This document shows, in pieces, positions 7,714-16,562 of a DNA stretch of 35,241 bases; position 1 is the stretch's first letter, and each line of letters begins with the position of its first letter. The position numbers were made by a program, and so were the translations under genes. The notes beneath the pieces are model-generated. The model had not been told where the DNA came from, did no database searches, and worked only from the letters and a program-made list of their open reading frames with translations. This stretch comes from Chthoniobacterales bacterium (GTDB taxonomy: Bacteria; Verrucomicrobiota; Verrucomicrobiia; Chthoniobacterales; UBA10450), in contig JBDTYN010000090.1 in assembly GCA_040005675.1 (NCBI GenBank), positions 1 through 35,241 of the forward strand, read 5' to 3'.

Positions 7714-8473
7714 GCTGCGCGACTGCACAATGCAGTTCGGCGGCCTGACCGCGCTCTCGAACTTGTCGCTCCAGATCGGTCCTCACGACCTCGTCGGGCT
7801 GATTGGTCCCAATGGCGCCGGGAAAACAACCGTCTTCAACATCATCACCGGAATCTACGAACCAACATCCGGCGCGATCGATCTTGGCGGCCAATCCATC
7901 ATCGGCCGAAAAGCGTCTGCGATCGCGGCGCGGGGCATTGCGCGCACGTTTCAAAACATCCGGCTTTTCGCTTCACTCTCGGTCTACGATAACGTCCGTG
8001 CGGCTTTCACGATGCGGCTGAAGCACGGCATCGCACACGCTCTCTGGCGCGGCCGGCCATTTCAGAAAGAAGAGGCGGAGATCAGTGACCAGGTCGTGGA
8101 GATTCTGCGCATTTTCCATCTGGAGGACTCTCGAGAGACCCCCTGCAAAAGTCTTTCCTATGGCGATCAGCGACGACTCGAAATCGTGCGGGCTCTCGCG
8201 ACCCGTCCCCAGCTGCTCCTCCTCGACGAGCCGGCGGCCGGCATGAACCCGCGCGAAAAAGAACAATTGATGGAGTTGATCCAATTCGTGAAGGAGAAAT
8301 TTCAGATCGCGGTCCTGCTGGTCGAACATGACATGAAGGTGGTGATGGGAATCTGCGCACGCGTCGCCGTGCTCGATTACGGGATCAAGATCGCGGAAGG
8401 AACTCCGGCGGAGGTGCAGAGGAACCCGAAGGTGATCGAAGCCTACTTGGGCCAGGAAGCTGTGACGCAATGA
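7697..8473 (+). CDS. livG: Branched-chain amino acid ABC transporter ATP-binding protein LivG
   Basis: Walker A is GPNGAGKTT, the signature is LSYGDQRRLEI, and Walker B is LLLLDEPAAG. The C-terminal PKVIEAYLG tail is typical of LivG. The gene overlaps livM by 17 nt. Confidence 0.95.
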   Translation: MSSLLELRDCTMQFGGLTALSNLSLQIGPHDLVGLIGPNGAGKTTVFNIITGIYEPTSGAIDLGGQSIIGRKASAIAARGIARTFQNIRLFASLSVYDNVRAAFTMRLKHGIAHALWRGRPFQKEEAEISDQVVEILRIFHLEDSRETPCKSLSYGDQRRLEIVRALATRPQLLLLDEPAAGMNPREKEQLMELIQFVKEKFQIAVLLVEHDMKVVMGICARVAVLDYGIKIAEGTPAEVQRNPKVIEAYLGQEAVTQ

Positions 8474-8492
8474 ACGCGATCGATTACCCGCG

Positions 8493-8584
8493 GTCATCCC
8501 GAGCGCAGCGCAGCGGAGTCGAGAAGCCCCGCAGATCACGCTTCACATACTGCGACGGGATTCCTCGGCTTCGCTCGGAACGAC
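8493..8584. repeat. Intergenic hairpin repeat, copy 2
   Basis: The left arm gtcatcccgagcgcagcgcagcggagtcgagaagcccc carries a small internal gcagc duplication. The right arm gggattcctcggcttcgctcggaacgac (8557-8584) ends 3 nt before the livF ATG. The 30-nt right-arm block tgcgacgggattcctcggcttcgctcggaa is identical to copy 3, and after one C/T difference both continue gacat. Confidence 0.85.
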
Positions 8585-8587
8585 ATC

Positions 8588-9298
8588 ATGCTTGAGCTGA
8601 AAGACCTGGCCGTTTCTTACGGCTCCATCACCGCACTGCACGATGTCTCCTTGCGTGTCGGGCAGGGCGATATCGTCACATTGATTGGCGCGAACGGAGC
8701 GGGAAAATCAACGACGTTGCGCGCGATTTCCGGATTGCTTAAGACGCAGAGGGGCAGCATCCGCTACGAAGATCAGGAGATTGCGAACGAAGCGCCCCAT
8801 AAGATTGTCGCGCGCGGGATTTCGCATGTGCCGGAAGGCCGCATGGTCTTCGCGAACCTGACGGTGCACGAGAATCTGCTGATGGGCGCTTACCTGCGCA
8901 AGGATCGGTCAAAACTCGCTGCAGATTTCGATTTTATCTTCGAAATCTTTCCGCGCCTCAAGGAACGGTCGCGGCAGGTGGCGGGCACTTTATCGGGTGG
9001 CGAACAGCAGATGCTGGCCATCGGGCGCGCTTTGATGAGCAAACCGCGTTGCCTGATGCTGGACGAGCCGTCGCTCGGGATCGCGCCGATCCTGGTGAAG
9101 ACGATTTTTCAAAAAATCGTGGAGATCAACAGGTCGTTAGGCATCACAATTTTGCTCGTGGAACAGAATGCCAATCTTGCGCTCGAAGTCTCGAACTATG
9201 GGTACGTTCTCGAAACCGGTCACATTATCTTGCACGATCAATCGCTCGCTTTGCGCGCCAACGAACGGGTGAAAAGCGCGTATCTCGGCGGAAACTAA
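8588..9298 (+). CDS. livF: Branched-chain amino acid ABC transporter ATP-binding protein LivF
   Basis: Walker A is GANGAGKST, the signature is LSGGEQQMLAIGRAL, and Walker B is LMLDEPSLG. The length of about 236 aa and the position after livG fit LivF. Confidence 0.95.
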   Translation: MLELKDLAVSYGSITALHDVSLRVGQGDIVTLIGANGAGKSTTLRAISGLLKTQRGSIRYEDQEIANEAPHKIVARGISHVPEGRMVFANLTVHENLLMGAYLRKDRSKLAADFDFIFEIFPRLKERSRQVAGTLSGGEQQMLAIGRALMSKPRCLMLDEPSLGIAPILVKTIFQKIVEINRSLGITILLVEQNANLALEVSNYGYVLETGHIILHDQSLALRANERVKSAYLGGN

Positions 9299-10080
9299 GC
9301 GCTGCGGCTACTGCCACTGAAATTCTCGCCGGAGCTGCCATCTCCGAACTGGAGTAATTGCCGAAGCTTTTCCTGCGGCCAAGTCCCGTTCTCGCTTTCT
9401 GCTGCGGTTTCCGGCGATGGGGAGCCCTGTTCGGATTTGGCGTGAAACAGCCCGAGCACCTCCGCCTCTTCCATCGTTAGTGTCCGCACGGGAGACGTGA
9501 CCGTCTTTCTCTGTACCCGCCCGATCAGGTCTGAAAGCGAGGCGCTATCGAAATTTGCAGCGCGAAAGAAATCGATCATGCGTTGGAAGCGCAAATGAAA
9601 CGGGATCAACGCGATTTCGAACGGGCCCTCTTCGGAGAGTTGATCGGGAGGGGTGGCAATCGCGGCCGAGCGCGCGACTGCGTTCCACGTTCCAGTGGGG
9701 TCGTTGTAGCCGAGTTCGACTGTATAATGCTGTCCGCCATTTGGAACGGGCAGATAGGATTCGCCCGCGAATGGCTCGACTACGACGCCGCTTTGTTCCG
9801 CGCCGCCTTCGTCGAAGATGCGCAGATGCGCCTTCTGGTCGGGCGGTGGAGCATCGCCGAATACGGAGCGCCAATCGATATCCCAAAATGCAAAGAGGGT
9901 CTTCGCATCGCGCGCCACCACAAAGAGCACCGACTCGCCGTAGGAGCGAGGAAGGTGGCCGAGATTGTCGATGTTCGCCGATCCCCCTGAGATCGAGCCG
10001 GCTTGTTGTTCACCCTGTTCCGGAATGAGCGGAGTGTTCGAAACCGCGAAAGTTCGTCCGGGCGTCAGTGGTTCGCTCAT
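9295..10080 (-). CDS. DUF4912 domain-containing protein
   Basis: LGHLPRSYGESVLFVVARDAKTLFAFWDIDW matches the DUF4912 N-terminal signature (LP.sYG...l.rDP..lfayWd) as I recall it. Start set at ATG 10080 (MSEPLTPG...), because the longer ORF would run across the divergent kinase gene. The stop overlaps the livF stop. Confidence 0.65.
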   Translation of the reverse strand: MSEPLTPGRTFAVSNTPLIPEQGEQQAGSISGGSANIDNLGHLPRSYGESVLFVVARDAKTLFAFWDIDWRSVFGDAPPPDQKAHLRIFDEGGAEQSGVVVEPFAGESYLPVPNGGQHYTVELGYNDPTGTWNAVARSAAIATPPDQLSEEGPFEIALIPFHLRFQRMIDFFRAANFDSASLSDLIGRVQRKTVTSPVRTLTMEEAEVLGLFHAKSEQGSPSPETAAESENGTWPQEKLRQLLQFGDGSSGENFSGSSRSA

Positions 10081-10254
10081 ACTGCAAACGTCAGCGGCGA
10101 CGTTACACAACCAGCGGCCTAACGCGACCGGAAACGTGGCACCGCGAGGGCCGGTAAACGAAAGAAATTGTTGTGACCGCGCGGCCAACCCGCGCCTCGC
10201 TTTCGCGGACGAATTTGCCTCTGCGCGCGCAACGGCGAAGCTCATGACGCTTCT

Positions 10255-11151
10255 GTGAAACGTTGTCTTATCGCAAATCCCATTGCCGGATCCGCCACGG
10301 CGCCCGACGATCTGCGCGAAAAATTTCAGCGCCTCGAGCCAGTGGACATCCGTGTCACGCATGCGCCGGGCGAGGCGGAGAAATTTGCGCGCGAGGCGGT
10401 CGCCGATGGTTGCGACATGCTCGTGGTGGCCGGAGGTGATGGCACCTTGAACGAGGTCGTGAACGGTATCGCTCCTCACGCGGCCGAGGTACTACTGGCA
10501 CTCGCACCGAGCGGCACCGGCAATGATTTTGCCCGTGCGCTCAATCTCCCTGACGCTCTTGACGACTGTCTCGATCTTATTCTGTCAGAAAAGATTCGCG
10601 CGGTGGATCTAGTCCGCGTGCAGAGCGATCGCCTCCGCTATTTTGTTAATGTTTCGGCCGGGGGTTTTAGCGGTCTCGTGAATGAAAAATTAACCGCGGA
10701 AATGAAGCAGACGTGGGGGCCACTTGCGTATCTGCGGTGTGCCGCCGCAGCGCTGCCCGAATTGCGCGCCTATCGAACCGAAATCACACTCGACAATGCC
10801 ACTCCCATCGCGGCTAACCTATACAACGTCGTTGTTGCCAATGGTCGCTACGTTGCGGGCGGAATCCCAATCGCGCCGGATGCGGAGCCCGACGACGGAC
10901 TCCTCGATGTCGTGTTAATTCCGGAGAATTCGGGGAGCGATCTCGCCCTGCTTGCGGCGCAGGTTGTGATTGGCACACATCTCACCAGCGCGGCGATTAT
11001 CTTTCGCCGCGCTGCCAGGGTAACGGTGCAGTCTACTCCTGGAATGTGGTTCAATGTCGATGGAGAAATCGTCGGCAACGAGCCGGCGGTGTTTGAGATA
11101 GTCCCCCGCGCGATTCAATTCGTCGCGCCTGCGAAATCAGACAAATCGTGA
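10255..11151 (+). CDS. Diacylglycerol kinase-family lipid kinase (YegS/BmrU type), paralog 1
   Basis: GTG start. The DAGK catalytic-domain motifs VVAGGDGTLNEVVNG and PSGTGNDFARAL are present, along with a C-terminal accessory domain (NVDGEIVG). Confidence 0.85.
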   Translation: MKRCLIANPIAGSATAPDDLREKFQRLEPVDIRVTHAPGEAEKFAREAVADGCDMLVVAGGDGTLNEVVNGIAPHAAEVLLALAPSGTGNDFARALNLPDALDDCLDLILSEKIRAVDLVRVQSDRLRYFVNVSAGGFSGLVNEKLTAEMKQTWGPLAYLRCAAAALPELRAYRTEITLDNATPIAANLYNVVVANGRYVAGGIPIAPDAEPDDGLLDVVLIPENSGSDLALLAAQVVIGTHLTSAAIIFRRAARVTVQSTPGMWFNVDGEIVGNEPAVFEIVPRAIQFVAPAKSDKS

Positions 11152-11624
11152 GCGACAAGATCCAGACTGTCGAGGCGCTCGCGGAAACCGCGGTGAGATT
11201 GCGCAGGGAGGGGCGAAAACTGGTCGCCACCAATGGCTGCTTCGATCTGCTGCACGTGGGTCACGTGCGTTACCTGCGGGCCGCGCGCGATCTCGGCGAT
11301 TGCCTTGCCGTGGGCCTGAATGGAGATAAATCGGTACGACAGCTGAAAGGCGCAGGGCGCCCGCTCAATCGCGCGGACGATCGGGCTGAGGTTCTGGCCG
11401 CACTCGAAGCCGTTGATTACGTCGCTGTTTTTCCAGAGCTCCGCGCATCCCAGTTCCTCCGCACGGTGCGGCCGGCAATCTATGTGAAGGGCGGTGATTA
11501 CACGCCTGAAACGCTTGATAGGGACGAGAAAGAAGCGCTTGCCGCGATCGGCGCAGAAATTGTCATCATCCCTTTCGCGCACGGCTACTCGACTTCCGGC
11601 CTCATCGACTCAGCGAGAAGCTAG
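11148..11624 (+). CDS. hldC: D-glycero-beta-D-manno-heptose 1-phosphate adenylyltransferase (stand-alone RfaE domain II)
   Basis: The GTG start overlaps the kinase stop (GTGA). TNGCFDLLHVGHVRYLRAARDLGDCLAVGLNGDKSVRQLKGAGRPLN...VLAALEAVDYV...VKGGDY is the cytidylyltransferase-fold RfaE-II/HldC signature. Confidence 0.85.
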   Translation: MSDKIQTVEALAETAVRLRREGRKLVATNGCFDLLHVGHVRYLRAARDLGDCLAVGLNGDKSVRQLKGAGRPLNRADDRAEVLAALEAVDYVAVFPELRASQFLRTVRPAIYVKGGDYTPETLDRDEKEALAAIGAEIVIIPFAHGYSTSGLIDSARS

Positions 11625-11629
11625 TCCCC

Positions 11630-12217
11630 GTGCACCCGCTGCGAATCGGAATTCTCGGATCGGGGAAAGGGAGTAACGGTCGCGCTATTTTGGAGGCGAT
11701 AAGCGCGGGCCAATTGCGGGCAGAAGCGCGTCTCATCGTCTCCGACGTGGCCAGTGCCGGCATCCTCGAGCTAGGTCGCGAGTTTAATGTCCCGAGCATC
11801 CATCTGCCACCGGGAAAATTTAGAACCAGGCTCGATCCGGAACAGGAAGAGCGATTGGTGAAAATGCTGCTCGATTCGCAAGTTGAACTCGTGGTGCTCG
11901 CCGGATTTATGCGCGTGCTGAAGGAGCCGCTACTAAAGGCGTTTCCGCGCCGCATTATTAACATCCATCCCTCTCTCCTACCGAAGTATCCGGGCGTCGA
12001 ATCCTGGCGTCAGGCGCTCGCCGCCGGCGAGACCGTCACCGGCTGCACGGTGCATTACGTCGACCCGGGAATCGACACCGGCGAGATCATCGCACAATGT
12101 GAGGTGCCTATTCTGCCTGATGACACGCCCCAGAGCTTGCACGCCAGAATCCAGATTGCAGAGCACGCCCTCTACCCCCGGGTGCTAAGCGACCTCGCCG
12201 AAGCTCTGGGCCATTAA
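11630..12217 (+). CDS. purN: Phosphoribosylglycinamide formyltransferase
   Basis: GTG start. Motifs seen: RIGILGSGKGSN, VVLAGFMRVL, INIHPSLLPKYPG, GCTVHYVDPGIDTGEII. Confidence 0.92.
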   Translation: MHPLRIGILGSGKGSNGRAILEAISAGQLRAEARLIVSDVASAGILELGREFNVPSIHLPPGKFRTRLDPEQEERLVKMLLDSQVELVVLAGFMRVLKEPLLKAFPRRIINIHPSLLPKYPGVESWRQALAAGETVTGCTVHYVDPGIDTGEIIAQCEVPILPDDTPQSLHARIQIAEHALYPRVLSDLAEALGH

Positions 12218-13215
12218 ATGCGTTCGGCTTTCGGATCGCGGTCGAGCAATTCCTGCAATGCCTGCGCCGGCGCCTTGCCTTCGTAGAGAACGGCGTAAAC
12301 CTGGTCGATAATCGGCGTCTCAACCCCGACATTTCGCGCGCATTCATAAGCGCCCTGCGCGGTAGGGATGCCTTCGGCGATCGTGTGCGTGCTGGCCACG
12401 ATCTGCTCGAGCGTTTCGCCGCGTCCCAGCTTTTCGCCGACGCGGCGATTGCGGCTGTGTTGGCTAAAACAGGTGGCTATTAAATCGCCCGCACCGCTTA
12501 ATCCGTAGAACGTTCGCGGATTCCCGCCCATCGCCGTGCCGAGACGCAGCAGCTCGGCGAGCGATCGGGTCACGAGTGCGGATTTAGAGTTGTCCCCAAG
12601 ACCGAAGCCGTCACTCACGCCCGCCGGAATCGCAAAGACATTTTTCAAGGCGCCGCCTAGCTCAATCCCCGTGATTTCATCACTTGTGTAAACCCGGAAA
12701 CGCGCGCTGCCAAGATGCTGTTGCAACGCTTCCGCGCATTGCGGTTCACGGCAGCCAATGACGGTCGCCGTCGGCAGATCACGCGACGCTTCGATTGCGA
12801 GGTTCGGACCGGAAAGCACGGCGACAGTGTGGGAGGGAAATGTTTCCGCCAGGATTTCGCTCATTCGTTTGCCGGTGTGGTGTTCGATGCCCTTGGTGCA
12901 GCTCAGCAGAACTGCGTTTCGGTTGGCAAGAACGGCTCGAAATTGCTGGGCAATGTCGCGTAGCGCCTGGGAGGGAGTGACGAACACCACCAGGTCGGCC
13001 TCTGCGCAATCCGCGAGGCTGTGGGTCACGCACACAGACGACGGCAATGTCACGCCCGGCAGGTACTCGTGGTTCTCGCGACTGCGGCTGAGATCCGCGG
13101 TCCGTTCCGGATTATGGCCCCACAGAATGATCTCGTGGCCCGCTTTCGCCCAAAGGATGGCGAGCGCCGTACCCCAACCACCCGCACCCAGGACCGCTGT
13201 ACGCCGCAGGTTCAT
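12214..13215 (-). CDS. gpsA: NAD(P)H-dependent glycerol-3-phosphate dehydrogenase
   Basis: AVLGAGGWGTALA forms the Rossmann motif. GIELGGALKNVFAI and SRNRRVGEKLGRGE are also present. It lies downstream of plsY with a 4-nt overlap. Confidence 0.95.
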   Translation of the reverse strand: MNLRRTAVLGAGGWGTALAILWAKAGHEIILWGHNPERTADLSRSRENHEYLPGVTLPSSVCVTHSLADCAEADLVVFVTPSQALRDIAQQFRAVLANRNAVLLSCTKGIEHHTGKRMSEILAETFPSHTVAVLSGPNLAIEASRDLPTATVIGCREPQCAEALQQHLGSARFRVYTSDEITGIELGGALKNVFAIPAGVSDGFGLGDNSKSALVTRSLAELLRLGTAMGGNPRTFYGLSGAGDLIATCFSQHSRNRRVGEKLGRGETLEQIVASTHTIAEGIPTAQGAYECARNVGVETPIIDQVYAVLYEGKAPAQALQELLDRDPKAERI

Positions 13216-13841
13216 TTACGGCTGAAACGTTGTTCGGTTCCAGCGCGAAGACGAGCAAAATTCGAGCGGTGCCGCCAAACAACAAGGACTGCCAGGGCGA
13301 GCGTGACGTAAAAGAGAAACATTCCTTGCATTGCCCCGGCGAAGAGCAGCCCCGCAACTGTGAGCGGAAGCGCAATCGCTGCGGCGATGGATGCGACCGA
13401 GACGTAGCGCGATGTCTCGAACACGACGATCCAGACAATGAGGACGACAAATGCCGCGACAGGAGTTAATCCGAAAATCGCACCCGCGGAAGTCGCAACA
13501 CCCTTCCCTCCCTTAAACCGAAGCCAGATGGGAAACGCATGTCCCACGATGCAGGCGACGGCCGCAGTTGTGGCAAAATAGATGGCTTTTTCGCGACTCT
13601 CAGGGAGCCGGCTGGCGAGGAAATATGCAATCCGGACGGCAGCAAACCCCTTGAAAGCGTCCAGAAAAAAAACCGAGTATCCGTATCCTTTACCGAGGAG
13701 CCGAAGGATGTTCGTCGCCCCAATGTTGCCGCTTCCAACCGCGCGAACATCGATCCCTGCAACGCGCCCGGCAAGATAACCGCTCGGAAACGAGCCGATT
13801 AGATAGCCGACCAAGAGCGAGAATCCCGTAACGAACCACAC
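13212..13841 (-). CDS. plsY: Glycerol-3-phosphate acyltransferase PlsY
   Basis: GTG start. Motifs seen: YLIGSFPSGYL, GSGNIGATN, KGGKGVAT, and HRSNFARLRAGTE near the C-terminus. Confidence 0.93.
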   Translation of the reverse strand: MWFVTGFSLLVGYLIGSFPSGYLAGRVAGIDVRAVGSGNIGATNILRLLGKGYGYSVFFLDAFKGFAAVRIAYFLASRLPESREKAIYFATTAAVACIVGHAFPIWLRFKGGKGVATSAGAIFGLTPVAAFVVLIVWIVVFETSRYVSVASIAAAIALPLTVAGLLFAGAMQGMFLFYVTLALAVLVVWRHRSNFARLRAGTEQRFSRK

Positions 13842-13864
13842 GTGTTATACCGACGCCGTGAGCT

Positions 13865-15697
13865 TTAACTGTTGAGCCATATGCGGATAATGGAGACGTC
13901 TGTCGGGGTTATACCACTGATTCGTGACGCCTGACCTAACGACGCGGGCCGCAGAGCCGACAGCCTTTGGCGCGTTTCGTGCCTTAAACCGTTAATTGCT
14001 GCATAATCGAGGTCAGGCGGGATTTCTCTGGCGTCACTCCTCGCAGCCTGGCGGTTTTGTTGATCCTGGCGGCGCAAATATCCTTCATACTTCAGCTCAG
14101 TCTCTACCAGCTCCCAAAGTTCCGGCGTTGCCTTAGCACGGATTTCGGCCGGGAGTCGCTCAACCCGAAACTCGGGTTGTTTTAACACATGAGCCAAGCC
14201 TCTCCCCTCGTAACGCGCCTCTGAGACGAACGCCTTGAGATCCTGCAGCGCGGTAGTCTTGATGGAAAATTCCCTCCACCGGCGGTTGTCGACGAGGCCG
14301 ATATCCCGACCACGCGGCGTCAATCGCTGGTCTGCATTATCGTGGCGCAGTGCAAGGCGGTTTTCGGCGCGGCTGGTAAACATCCTATAAGGTTCGTCAG
14401 TCCCCTTCGTAACAAGATCATCTATCAATACCCCGATGTATGAGGTCTCCCTTGGGGGGACGAAGCTTTTCTTCCCGTCCGCTTTTAACGCTGCATTAGT
14501 TCCAGATATAAGTCCTTGAGCAGCAGCCTCTTCATATCCAGATGTGCCATTTACCTGACCGGCAAGAAAAAGTCCACCAACGCGCTTGGTTTCGAGTGTG
14601 GAGTTCAGCTGGGTAGGAGGAAAATAGTCATATTCGACGGCATAACCTGGACGCATAATTTCAGCCCGTTGGAGCCCGGGTATGGACTGGAGAAACGCTG
14701 ACTGCACGGAATACGGCAAACTCGTTGAAAGCCCGTTTATGTAGAACTCTTCTGTAAAGCGACCTTCAGGTTCGAGAAACAGCTGGTGCGACGCTTTATC
14801 GGCGAACTTTACGACTTTGTCCTCGATTGAAGGGCAATATCGCGGACCCAAGGCGGAGATTCGGCCGGAATACAGCGGCGAAAGGTGGAGATTTTCGCGT
14901 ATAATTGCGTGGGTTTGCGCCGTGGTATGAGTAATCCAGCAGGGCAATTGTTCCACGTGGAACGATGGGGCATTAAAAATACCGTCCCCGGCCGTTGCCA
15001 CCGGCATGAAACTAAAGCGAGGAGGCGGTTCGTCACCGTATTGAATTTCGCACTCTTCAAAATCAATCGAGCGCCGGTTGATGCGACATGGCGTGCCCGT
15101 TTTGAATCGACCAACTTCCAATCCCAGTTCCCGAAGGGAGTCACTTAAGCTGGAAGAGGTATCTGCCATTCGTCCGCCGGGCTTTGATATTTTGCCGACA
15201 TGCAAAAGGCCGCGAAGAAAAGTTCCCGAGGTGATCACCACACTTCGCGCGGATATGTTAATTCCCAAGTCAGTTTCAACGCCGATGACGTCGCCGTTGC
15301 GATCAGTAAGTATATGCGAAACGGTCGCCTGTTTAAGCTCAATCCCAGAGGTCCTCTCTAATTCGGCCTTCTGACGAAACTGATACGCTTTCTTATCGCA
15401 TTGGATTCGCGGGGCTCTCACGCTCGGACCCTTCGATCGATTAAGGAGACGGAATTGAATTCCCGTACAATCGGCGTTGAGGCCCATTGCCCCACCCAAC
15501 GCGTCAATCTCTCGAACAAGGTGGCCCTTACCCAACCCGCCAATTGCCGGGTTACACGACATCTGGCCGACTGTGTCTAGGTTTTGCGTGATCAAGACTG
15601 TCGCCGCCCCCAGTCGCGCTGCTGCGAGAGCGGCTTCAATCCCAGCGTGCCCACTGCCGACAACCGCCACGTCGTACCGCGCGAAGAACTCAAACAT
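13865..15697 (-). CDS. mnmG: tRNA uridine 5-carboxymethylaminomethyl modification enzyme MnmG (GidA)
   Basis: [23 protein letters not shown] is the FAD motif. [24 protein letters not shown], the length of about 610 aa, and the C-terminal GITPTDVS helix region all fit MnmG. Confidence 0.97.
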   Translation of the reverse strand: MFEFFARYDVAVVGSGHAGIEAALAAARLGAATVLITQNLDTVGQMSCNPAIGGLGKGHLVREIDALGGAMGLNADCTGIQFRLLNRSKGPSVRAPRIQCDKKAYQFRQKAELERTSGIELKQATVSHILTDRNGDVIGVETDLGINISARSVVITSGTFLRGLLHVGKISKPGGRMADTSSSLSDSLRELGLEVGRFKTGTPCRINRRSIDFEECEIQYGDEPPPRFSFMPVATAGDGIFNAPSFHVEQLPCWITHTTAQTHAIIRENLHLSPLYSGRISALGPRYCPSIEDKVVKFADKASHQLFLEPEGRFTEEFYINGLSTSLPYSVQSAFLQSIPGLQRAEIMRPGYAVEYDYFPPTQLNSTLETKRVGGLFLAGQVNGTSGYEEAAAQGLISGTNAALKADGKKSFVPPRETSYIGVLIDDLVTKGTDEPYRMFTSRAENRLALRHDNADQRLTPRGRDIGLVDNRRWREFSIKTTALQDLKAFVSEARYEGRGLAHVLKQPEFRVERLPAEIRAKATPELWELVETELKYEGYLRRQDQQNRQAARSDAREIPPDLDYAAINGLRHETRQRLSALRPASLGQASRISGITPTDVSIIRIWLNS

Positions 15698-15785
15698 GTT
15701 CCATGTGAAACAAGCGAGACCGGCACGCTGTGCCTACGCGTGAAGGTTTAGTCAGCCGGGGCACAGTCCTTATGCGCGAAATATT

Positions 15786-16544
15786 CTAAGCTGCAACCTC
15801 TTCACCCGGAATAACTTCGGAATTAGCGTTATTCAACACAGCCTCGGCTTCCACCCTCTGCAACAGCCGCAGGGCTATGCTCCCCAGAAACATAAGGATT
15901 GCTATTGCGCTAAATAACCCGCCTCCCCAGATAGCAAACTCAACCAGCCGGGGATGCGTCTTCCCCCTCATCAAATTGAGACCCAACTGACCCAGCGTTC
16001 CGAGATAGGCATAAAGAAAAAGCCCGGGAGCCTGACCAATCGCCACCCATAGCATACAGGTGCGAAATCGAATGCTCGTCAGACCATAGAGATAATTGAG
16101 CAGACTCGTCGGAAACAGCGGGTGCAGTTGGCTTAGTAGAATGATTTTCCAGCCCTCCCGCTCAACCGCGGGCTCGAGCGCATTCATCGTGGGATTGCGC
16201 AGCAGGGCGCGCAGCAGGCCACGGCGGCCAATCCAGCGACTGATGTAGAACGAGATCGCAGCTCCCCCCACGTTTCCCAGGAGCACGATGAGAAAACCCC
16301 ACCAAAGGCCGAAGAAAAATCCGCCGCCAATGCTTAAAACTCCCCCCGGTAACAACAACACGTTGCAGCAAGCGTAAAGAAGTGGATAACAGATCGCACT
16401 CCAGGCGCCGAGATGCATCACCCGCTGCTGCACCGCGGACAGAAGTTCGCCGATAGGGAAAAAACGTGACAGCGCGAATAGTGCGATACTGACCAGAACG
16501 AGTCCGGTGATTTGACCCAAAATCGCGCGTCGAATTTTTACCAT
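15786..16544 (-). CDS. TVP38/TMEM64 (DedA/SNARE-associated) family membrane protein
   Basis: The protein is polytopic. The motifs LLPGGVLSIGGGFFFG and SQLHPLFPTSLLNYLYGLT are typical of the TVP38/TMEM64 family. Confidence 0.75.
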   Translation of the reverse strand: MVKIRRAILGQITGLVLVSIALFALSRFFPIGELLSAVQQRVMHLGAWSAICYPLLYACCNVLLLPGGVLSIGGGFFFGLWWGFLIVLLGNVGGAAISFYISRWIGRRGLLRALLRNPTMNALEPAVEREGWKIILLSQLHPLFPTSLLNYLYGLTSIRFRTCMLWVAIGQAPGLFLYAYLGTLGQLGLNLMRGKTHPRLVEFAIWGGGLFSAIAILMFLGSIALRLLQRVEAEAVLNNANSEVIPGEEVAA

Positions 16545-16562
16545 CGCGAAACAGTCGCCACT

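Noticed and set aside
13668-13680. Homopolymer runs: A8 in plsY (about 13668-13680) and A7 in the GT4 gene (about 27413-27421), considered as phase-variation sites.
   Set aside because: The runs are short, the reading frames are intact, and these are housekeeping-type genes with no contingency-locus context.
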